From NCBI GenBank assembly GCA_032161105.1, contig JAVHTD010000011.1: 64,000 bases of DNA; one strand, 5' to 3'. Shown here piece by piece: positions 57,522 through 64,000 of the stretch. Under the pieces are notes generated by a model. The model was not told where the DNA came from and made no database searches. It saw nothing but the letters and a program-made list of their open reading frames with translations. Each line of letters starts with the position of its first letter. Within the stretch, counting starts at the first letter, position 1. Source of the DNA: Candidatus Thermosaccharophagus tengchongensis (GTDB lineage: Bacteria > Armatimonadota > Fervidibacteria > Fervidibacterales > Thermosaccharophagaceae). The position numbers and the translations under genes were made by a program.

Positions 57522-58862
57522 TCACCCTTCAGATTTATCCCCCTCGCTTGCAGTTTCCCCACCCGCCTCCCGGTCCGCACTCGTAGCCAACTCAACGATG
57601 AAGTCAATCACCCTCTCCCTGAGCAATTGCCATCTCGCCGATGCAATTGACTCAGCCAACTCACCTTCATCAATCTCACTCAGCTTCCTGCCCGACCTCT
57701 CAATCAACGCAGCAACATACTCCCGAACTTCCTCATCGGATACCTTTATCCCCTCACGATTGGCTATCTCCTCAATCAGGAACCTGAGCTTAAGCGCCCT
57801 TTCACCGCCTTCCATTGCCTCCCTCTTAAACTCGTCCAAAGTGCGGCGAGTCATCTGCTCCCAGACTTGCACAGGTATGCCATCGCGCCTCAGCTGCTCA
57901 ACTGTATTTCTAACAGCGTCCTCGGAGAGCGCCTCTATGAATGACCTCGGTATCGTCACATTGCTTATCCTGAGCAACTCCTCACTAACTTGCCGCCTGA
58001 TCTCGCGCTCCGCCTCCCTCTCCTTCTCAAGCCATATCTCCTCACGCAACTCCTCCTTGAGCTCTTCAAGCGAGTCAAATCCGCCGACCATCTTCGCAAA
58101 CTCATCATTCAGCTCGGGGAGCACCCTCGCTTCAACCGCCTCAACGAAGAACCACACCTTGCAATTTTTCCCAGCGAGCCTCTCGTTCGGGAAGTCATCA
58201 GGAAAGATGACCTCAACCTCGCCCTCCTCACCTGCTCCCTTACCGAGCACATACTCATTAAACGGGGGAAACCAATGTCCCTGCCCAGCCGTCACGAGTG
58301 TTGTGCGCTCCTCGCCCTCATCTTCGCCAACTGGCGTTATGCGATAGCGCAACCTCACCCTATCTCCAACTTGCGCTCTTCGCCCCTCTTCAAGTTCGTA
58401 TCTTGGGAAGCGCTCGCGCAGCCTCTCCAGAGCATCGTTAATGTCCTCCTCCGTCACCTCAACCGGTTGCTCCTTCACCCTTATGCTGCGATAGTCTCCA
58501 AGCTCAATTTCGCCGCGCACAGCCACTTCGGCTTCAAACTCAAGCCCTTCATCCTCGGCAAACCGTTTGAGCTGCAACCTCTGAACCATGAGCGGATAGA
58601 GTTTCTCCCTTGAGACGGCTTCCTCGTAAGCTTTGGAGAGGAGCTCCTCAAGCAGCCTTGAGCGTATGTTTTCTTCGCCAACATGCTTTTGGATTATCGC
58701 ATCCGGAGCCTTACCCGGCCTAAAGCCACGCACATGTATGAGGCGCTTTAGTTGATTCATCAAATGACGCTTAGCGCTGCGCACTTCTTCGGGTGGAACG
58801 CCGATATCCAACTTCACAACTGCCGGTTCAATCTCTGTTACCTCAAGGCGCGAAAGACGCAT
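57522..58862 (-). CDS. tig: Trigger factor
   Basis: GFRPGKAP, FPDDFP..LAGK and LPELNDEFAK motifs, plus tig-clpP-clpX-lon synteny. Confidence 0.95.
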   Translation of the reverse strand: MRLSRLEVTEIEPAVVKLDIGVPPEEVRSAKRHLMNQLKRLIHVRGFRPGKAPDAIIQKHVGEENIRSRLLEELLSKAYEEAVSREKLYPLMVQRLQLKRFAEDEGLEFEAEVAVRGEIELGDYRSIRVKEQPVEVTEEDINDALERLRERFPRYELEEGRRAQVGDRVRLRYRITPVGEDEGEERTTLVTAGQGHWFPPFNEYVLGKGAGEEGEVEVIFPDDFPNERLAGKNCKVWFFVEAVEARVLPELNDEFAKMVGGFDSLEELKEELREEIWLEKEREAEREIRRQVSEELLRISNVTIPRSFIEALSEDAVRNTVEQLRRDGIPVQVWEQMTRRTLDEFKREAMEGGERALKLRFLIEEIANREGIKVSDEEVREYVAALIERSGRKLSEIDEGELAESIASARWQLLRERVIDFIVELATSADREAGGETASEGDKSEG

Positions 58863-58902
58863 GGTGCATCAATCCTCCCCACAAATTCCACGCAAACAAA
58901 AA

Positions 58903-58978
58903 TGGAGCGGGCGACGGGATTTGAACCCGCGACCTTCAGCATGGCAAGCTGACGCTCTAACCGCTGAGCTACGCCCGC
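58903..58978 (-). tRNA. tRNA-Gly(GCC)
   Basis: GCGGGCGTAGCTCAGCGGTTAGAGCG TCAGC-TTGCCAT-GCTGA AGGTCGCGGGTTCAAATCCCGTCGCCCGCTCCA. 76 nt, CCA encoded. Confidence 0.96.
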
Positions 58979-59054
58979 TCCACACAGTTTCCACATCAGC
59001 CATCATACAACAGTATGCCGCTCATTTCCCTCCTGTAAACCTTTGCCACCAAAG

Positions 59055-59140
59055 TGGTGGGCGAGGGGAGACTCGAACTCCCACGGGCATAGCCCACCGG
59101 ATCCTAAGTCCGGCGCGTCTGCCAATTCCGCCACTCGCCC
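59055..59140 (-). tRNA. tRNA-Leu(TAG)
   Basis: GGGCGAGTGGCGGAATTGGCAGACGCG CCGGA-CTTAGGA-TCCGG, long variable arm, GTTCGAGTC, ends ACCA. Confidence 0.96.
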
Positions 59141-59151
59141 CCATTACCGCC

Positions 59152-59181
59152 ATTTTAGCGCGCCTCAAAATGAGCCATCAA
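59152..59181 (-). promoter_or_regulatory. Possible sigma70 promoter for tRNA-Leu
   Basis: TTGATG-18 bp-TAAAAT, ending about 11 bp before the tRNA. Confidence 0.4.
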
Positions 59182-59197
59182 TTGCGCCAGCCCAACT

Positions 59198-60514
59198 TCA
59201 CCCCTTTATGATCAACCTCGCACCATCGCAGCTATCCTCACACATTGATTGCAACTTCGCCGCCAATGGCTTTTCAATGAGCAAGTTCATGCGCAACAAC
59301 CCGTCGCTCACTTCCTCGCTCAACACAGATGCATGTTCGTAAACCCATCGTATGAGCCAACCGCAACTTAGCGGGAGTATGGCTTCAGCCTCAGTTTGAC
59401 GCTGCCTGCGATACTCAGCTTCAATTCTCTCTTTGAGCTCTTCAAGCCCTTCCCCAGTCAACGCCGAAACTATGCACGCATCACAAAAGCGCTTCCTCAA
59501 AGCTTCCCTGTCAACCTCCGGCGGCAACAAGTCCGATTTGTTCAGCACCATTATTGTGGGCTTGCCAGATGCGCCAATGTCAATCAGAGTTTGCTCAACC
59601 ACCCTCACTTGCTCTTCCATCCTCGGATGAGTCACATCGGCGACATGTAACAGCAAGTCGGCATAGCGCACTTCGGCAAGGGTTGCGTGAAAGGATGCTA
59701 TAAGTTGCGGTGGGAGTTTGTTTATGAAACCAACGGTGTCGGTCAGCAGCACCTTTTGACCGCGCTTCAAGACTAACACCCTCGTTGTAGCATCAAGCGT
59801 GGCAAACAGCTTATCCTCAACATACACTCCGGCTTTTGTGAGGGCATTCATGAGCGTTGACTTGCCCACATTCGTGTATCCAACGAGGGCGACCGTGAAC
59901 AGATCCATTCGCCTTTGTATTCGCAGCTCCACACGCTTATTTATCTCGCGAAGCTGCCTCTGCAGTTCGGCAATCTTCCTATACGCTCTGCGCCTGTCAA
60001 GCTCAAGCTGCTGCTCTCCCGGTCCTCCCCTGACTCCGGGAGCGCCCTCCGTGCGTGATAGGTGCGTCCACATATGCCTCAAGCGTGGCAGTTCATATTC
60101 AAGCCTTGCAAGTTCAACTTGGAGCTTGGCTTGTTTGGTGCGCGCCCTCCTTGCGAATATGTCCAAGATTAGCTCAGTTCGGTCAATGACCCTTCTTTTC
60201 ACAACTTGCTCCAAGTTGCGCGCCTGAGCGGGGGAAAGCTCGTGGTCAAAGATGACGAGATCAATGTTGCTCCTATCGCACTCCTCGGCAATCTGTTCGG
60301 CTTTTCCCCTACCCACAAAAAATGCTGGGTCAATTTCGCGCCGCCTCTGAACAACTCTGCCAACAACAATTGCGCCAGCCGTATCAGCTAACGCTTCAAG
60401 CTCATCAAGCGATGCTTCAAACTCATCCTTCGCAGTTGCGCCATCAACGAAAACGCCAACAAGCAAAGCCCTCTGGCGCTGCTTTGGAACTTGTATTGCG
60501 GTTGCCTGCGGCAA
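59198..60514 (-). CDS. hflX: GTPase HflX
   Basis: DRTELILDIFARRA, GYTNVGKST, LFATLD, DTVGFI and NKSD motifs. Confidence 0.97.
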   Translation of the reverse strand: MPQATAIQVPKQRQRALLVGVFVDGATAKDEFEASLDELEALADTAGAIVVGRVVQRRREIDPAFFVGRGKAEQIAEECDRSNIDLVIFDHELSPAQARNLEQVVKRRVIDRTELILDIFARRARTKQAKLQVELARLEYELPRLRHMWTHLSRTEGAPGVRGGPGEQQLELDRRRAYRKIAELQRQLREINKRVELRIQRRMDLFTVALVGYTNVGKSTLMNALTKAGVYVEDKLFATLDATTRVLVLKRGQKVLLTDTVGFINKLPPQLIASFHATLAEVRYADLLLHVADVTHPRMEEQVRVVEQTLIDIGASGKPTIMVLNKSDLLPPEVDREALRKRFCDACIVSALTGEGLEELKERIEAEYRRQRQTEAEAILPLSCGWLIRWVYEHASVLSEEVSDGLLRMNLLIEKPLAAKLQSMCEDSCDGARLIIKG

Positions 60515-60595
60515 CGAAACATCACCTCCAATTGCTCCGTCGGCAGGATTTGGCTATTTAGCATCGTTGCAAAAGCACCAATGCACCAAACCACA

Positions 60596-60988
60596 TCAAT
60601 GGCTTCCTTTATTGCTATACCTTGATGGGCACTTCGTGAGCAATTGATTCGCAACGAACACCTCGCCATCAAATTTCCCAACAGCCACAACATGTTTTCC
60701 CCTTTCCAACCCAATTGGTGGGACACCGCAATACCGCACAACTTCAACCGCTCCGTCGGAATCCACCATTGTGAATTCTATGCACCCAGCATCGTCGGTG
60801 CGACAATCGCTAATTACGCGCCCATAGACCTGACCCGCACCGCCAATTCTCTTGACCTCGTTAAAGCCTCTATAGGGCACGAGCATCCTTGGAAGCATCA
60901 CCACCCAATAGGACAAAGCAAACGCGATGATAACTGCCGCAGCAACCCGCCATAAATGGTGCTTACTGCTCACCCTCGTCCTCAGCAT
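60596..60988 (-). CDS. ccmE: Cytochrome c maturation heme chaperone CcmE, CxxxY type
   Basis: N-terminal TM, then V.Y.G..P and VVAVGKF....F.A.QLLTKCPSRY motifs. Follows ccmC-ccmD. Confidence 0.85.
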   Translation of the reverse strand: MLRTRVSSKHHLWRVAAAVIIAFALSYWVVMLPRMLVPYRGFNEVKRIGGAGQVYGRVISDCRTDDAGCIEFTMVDSDGAVEVVRYCGVPPIGLERGKHVVAVGKFDGEVFVANQLLTKCPSRYSNKGSH

Positions 60989-61100
60989 GCTTGAATTTCC
61001 CCTCCAACAAGCGCAACTTGTTATCCAGCCGCCAAAGGTAAAGGAAGAGTGCAATCCAAGTTACAAGCCATGCAAGGAACAACGGCATCCACTCACTCAA
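60963..61100 (-). CDS. ccmD: CcmD-like small membrane protein
   Basis: Hand translation from TTG with an AGGAG RBS: MSEWMPLFLAWLVTWIALFLYLWRLDNKLRLLEGKFKHAEDEGEQ* (45 aa), between ccmC and ccmE. Confidence 0.8.
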   Translation of the reverse strand: MSEWMPLFLAWLVTWIALFLYLWRLDNKLRLLEGKFKHAEDEGEQ

Positions 61101-61866
61101 CTTGATCACTCCTTGCAGCATGAGTTTGCAAAGCCCAAAGAAGGTAAGTCATGGCGCTGAGCCTTATCAAACAAGCGCACAGACAACCGTAGGCGAGCAA
61201 CGAAATAAACAACGCGATGCGGTATTCAACACCCATGCCACTGCGGCTCAAAATTACAAGCCTCGGATGGAGCGTCGGGAGCCAATTGATCAGGACGAAG
61301 GAGTTTACGAATGCCATAAAGGCTGCCACTATCGCATACGCTGACGAAATGACCGCACGCTGTTCCTCATCCTCAATTGCGCTTCTCAATGCAAAGTATG
61401 CGCCATACGAGGACAGGACGACAACCATCGTCAATTGCCTCGGATCCCAGTTCCACAAAGCTCCCCACGCATACTTTGCCCATATCGCCCCAGTGATTGT
61501 GGCAAGCAGCGAATAGAGCAACCCCACCTCAGCGGATGCGCATTCAAAGGCATCGCAACGCATATCCCTTGTGCGCAAGTAGCAGGCGCCGTAGATTGCA
61601 GCAGCGGCGAGGGCGAAGAAGCCAACTATAGCCAATGGGACATGAACAAACATCACTTTAGCGAGCTGCCCACTCCCATATGCGTCGGCAAATTCACCAG
61701 CTGGCGGAAGCCAGAAAATGACGGCACCAAAGGAAAGCACCATGAGGATGAATGTCAACGGAAAGAGGATGCCAGATCCAACGGACAAAACCCACTTAGT
61801 GCCTGCATGCCGCTCAAAGCACTGTGAGGAGCTTCCGCTACTGCCCTTTTGAGTCATCTTTATCAC
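61093..61866 (-). CDS. ccmC: Heme exporter / cytochrome c biogenesis protein CcmC
   Basis: FVHVP, TGAIWAKYAWGALWNWDPRQ (WWD domain) and TLHP motifs. Confidence 0.92.
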   Translation of the reverse strand: MIKMTQKGSSGSSSQCFERHAGTKWVLSVGSGILFPLTFILMVLSFGAVIFWLPPAGEFADAYGSGQLAKVMFVHVPLAIVGFFALAAAAIYGACYLRTRDMRCDAFECASAEVGLLYSLLATITGAIWAKYAWGALWNWDPRQLTMVVVLSSYGAYFALRSAIEDEEQRAVISSAYAIVAAFMAFVNSFVLINWLPTLHPRLVILSRSGMGVEYRIALFISLLAYGCLCACLIRLSAMTYLLWALQTHAARSDQVE

Positions 61867-61883
61867 GCCCTTTGCGATTGACT

Positions 61884-64000
61884 TTACTCATCTGAGCCAA
61901 CTGGCTTCGGTGATGAAGCGGCGTTGATGCGGGGGAAAAGCAATGCCAACGCCCCAGCAAGAATATAAGTCAATCCGCCAACGAACATGGCTTCGCTAAA
62001 TCCATAGAGCTTGCCGAGCATCACGGCTGCCAAAGAGCCGCTCACGGACATAACGCCATTTACACCCCACGAGTATGGTATTAACCTGCGATGCGCCGAT
62101 GAGAGCATGCGCAAACCACAAGGAAACGGCATCCCCATCGGAATACCAGTCACAACTATCATGAGCGAGAGCCACACCAAACGGTGTGCGCCACCAAGCC
62201 TCAATAGCCACTCAACGCATCTCCCCATCATGGCTGACCACATGAATGCAATTACGGCGATGGTGAGCGAGGAAAGGAGGGCACACGATGCAATGCGCTT
62301 AAGCCCACCAATGCGTTGGCTGAGAGCGCTCCCAAGCGCGGAACCGATGAGAAGGCTCAAGAGGAGCAACGAGAGAGCTTGAGTCGGAATCATGAGCGGC
62401 ATGCTCATGCGCTGAAGCAGCGCCACCTCTACGAGCATGTATCCAATCCCGAGCGTGCCAAAATACAGCGACGCATTGAGCAGCACTGATGCGCCAGCCA
62501 GCACATTGCCGCGAAATGCCCTCAGCTCAATCGGGAGTGAGCACATGACGAAGAGCAAAAACAATGCCGATGAGAAACAAACCAACACCCAAAGCGTAAT
62601 CGGTATCCCAACGGACAGGTCAAGGAAGAATGGCGACTCATCCGTTGCTGGAGCTATGTTGGCAATTGATGAGAACCTCTCAACAACTTCATCAACGCTC
62701 ATCCTGCCGCTTCTGACGAGATCAAACGGGTCGCTCTCAACAGCGTTTGGGATCAAAAGCGCCTCAAGGTGTAGCCGCCTTGCGCCCTCAGCAAGCCTTG
62801 ATAGCTCGCCGCCGTTAAACGGGCGCTTGCTCGTGAGGACGATATAGCGGTATGGTGTCATTGGCATCCTGTCCCGTTCAATGCTCAACACGGCTGTGTG
62901 AGCAACGCACTCGCTCTCGCTTTTACCGAGCACCTGACTCAATGCCTTTATGCAAGTCACCCACCACCGCAATGTCAGCATTGGCTCTTGCAATATCATC
63001 ACCAACATCCCGTCATCTGAGAGCACGCCGATGTAATCCCGACATGCCTCAAATGTGTGTATGTAGCTTTCAACGAGGGCAACTCCAAGCCCACCTGCAG
63101 CAGCAGTTTGCGTCAATGCCGAAAATAGAAGGTCATAACGCTGCCCCAATTGACTGACGAATGAGCGCCCGTCGCTCACATGAAACTTTACCCCATCCAA
63201 CTTGTATACTCCGCCATTGAATGGTTCAAAATGTTCCATCAACTTGGGCAGCGAAGTGTTCACATCAACTGCATCCACAAACTTTGCCCCGCCAAGCAGT
63301 GCAAGAAGCACATCCAAGCCGCCTCCCGAACCCAAACATAGCACCCTCTTCGGCTTGCGCACCATGTATGGCAGGAAACCGATGAACCCCTTCCACTCGT
63401 TCATCTTCTCAAGGTTGCCGTCAAACCTGAGCATCAAAGATGGATTGTGCCCGTCGGTGTAAATGTGCATCACAGATTGATCAAGCTCACTCTGCACAAC
63501 ATCCGTGCGCCCGAAGGAATCCCATTTGGTCCAGACAATCCTTTGGCGCTGCTTTGGATCGGAAAGTTCCACCCAAAGCGGTTTGATGAGTATCCCGTGA
63601 GTTTGCCTGAGCCTCGGGATGTCAATTGGCGGCGATGGCATTGCGAGGTTCATGAAAAAGATGAAGAGCGCAGCGATCAACACCAACACCGAAATAGCTA
63701 TGTGACGATAAGCGTCAAGTGATGACCGAAAACTGACGACGCGCTCCAGCGAAGTGAGCACCGCTGGAATCGCGCCGCAAGCCGAGATGAGAAGCGTCGC
63801 ATTCACTCCACCAAACAAGTTGAGCATCCGCACAGCAAAGGCACATCCAAGTGCAGCCCCAAAAAAGTCAAAGTCATACAGGATGCCACTGCTTTGATGG
63901 TGTCGCTCAAACAAAACGCTTAAGGCGAATCCGACGCACAGAAATGGCAACATGGCAACCAGCCCGCATGAGGCGACGATGAAAATAATCGCCATAGCGC
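61884..64000 (-). CDS. Polytopic membrane protein with central spermidine-synthase-like SAM-binding domain; 5' end likely outside the window
   Basis: VLCLGSGGGLDV, AVDVN, DGRSFV, YDL, PATDESPFF, GIGYMLVE, GMPFP.G and WGVNGVMSV motifs. Confidence 0.8.
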   Translation of the reverse strand, partial: AMAIIFIVASCGLVAMLPFLCVGFALSVLFERHHQSSGILYDFDFFGAALGCAFAVRMLNLFGGVNATLLISACGAIPAVLTSLERVVSFRSSLDAYRHIAISVLVLIAALFIFFMNLAMPSPPIDIPRLRQTHGILIKPLWVELSDPKQRQRIVWTKWDSFGRTDVVQSELDQSVMHIYTDGHNPSLMLRFDGNLEKMNEWKGFIGFLPYMVRKPKRVLCLGSGGGLDVLLALLGGAKFVDAVDVNTSLPKLMEHFEPFNGGVYKLDGVKFHVSDGRSFVSQLGQRYDLLFSALTQTAAAGGLGVALVESYIHTFEACRDYIGVLSDDGMLVMILQEPMLTLRWWVTCIKALSQVLGKSESECVAHTAVLSIERDRMPMTPYRYIVLTSKRPFNGGELSRLAEGARRLHLEALLIPNAVESDPFDLVRSGRMSVDEVVERFSSIANIAPATDESPFFLDLSVGIPITLWVLVCFSSALFLLFVMCSLPIELRAFRGNVLAGASVLLNASLYFGTLGIGYMLVEVALLQRMSMPLMIPTQALSLLLLSLLIGSALGSALSQRIGGLKRIASCALLSSLTIAVIAFMWSAMMGRCVEWLLRLGGAHRLVWLSLMIVVTGIPMGMPFPCGLRMLSSAHRRLIPYSWGVNGVMSVSGSLAAVMLGKLYGFSEAMFVGGLTYILAGALALLFPRINAASSPKPVGSDE

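Noticed and set aside
57025..58347. 440-aa plus-strand ORF
   Set aside because: Ser-rich antisense shadow of tig/clpP with no recognisable motif.
58903..59140. tRNA-targeted integrative element
   Set aside because: No integrase is present and I noticed no duplicated tRNA 3' end; the flanks are housekeeping genes.

Overview
Bacterial chromosomal window, gene-dense, with strong GGAGGTG-type ribosome-binding sites. Gene content resembles a polysaccharide-degrading, possibly thermophilic Armatimonadota-like organism; that assignment is inference only. Housekeeping blocks: gmk; rpmH-rnpA-yidD-yidC-jag (not next to dnaA); nth; hflX-tRNA-Leu-tRNA-Gly-tig-clpP-clpX-lon; ccmC-ccmD-ccmE. Accessory blocks: (i) about 10-29 kb, a carbohydrate-utilisation region of large secreted glycoside-hydrolase-like proteins, containing REP/MITE-like palindromes; (ii) about 46.8-52.3 kb, a polyol/ketose-phosphate catabolic cluster with an MDR-SDR fusion enzyme; (iii) scattered surface-glycan genes. 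Small genes missed by the ORF track and translated by hand: three tandem near-identical Flp pilins, rpmH, ccmD, and a FecR-like gene at the left edge. Most notable: the orphan Flp pilin triplet with its own promoters, ClpP with catalytic Asp replaced by Ser, a secreted STN + LolA/RseB-like + TPR protein near a FecR-like gene, a kinase + methyltransferase pair resembling a split WbdD, and a Cys-type CcmE. All family calls come from motif recognition by eye, not from database searches.
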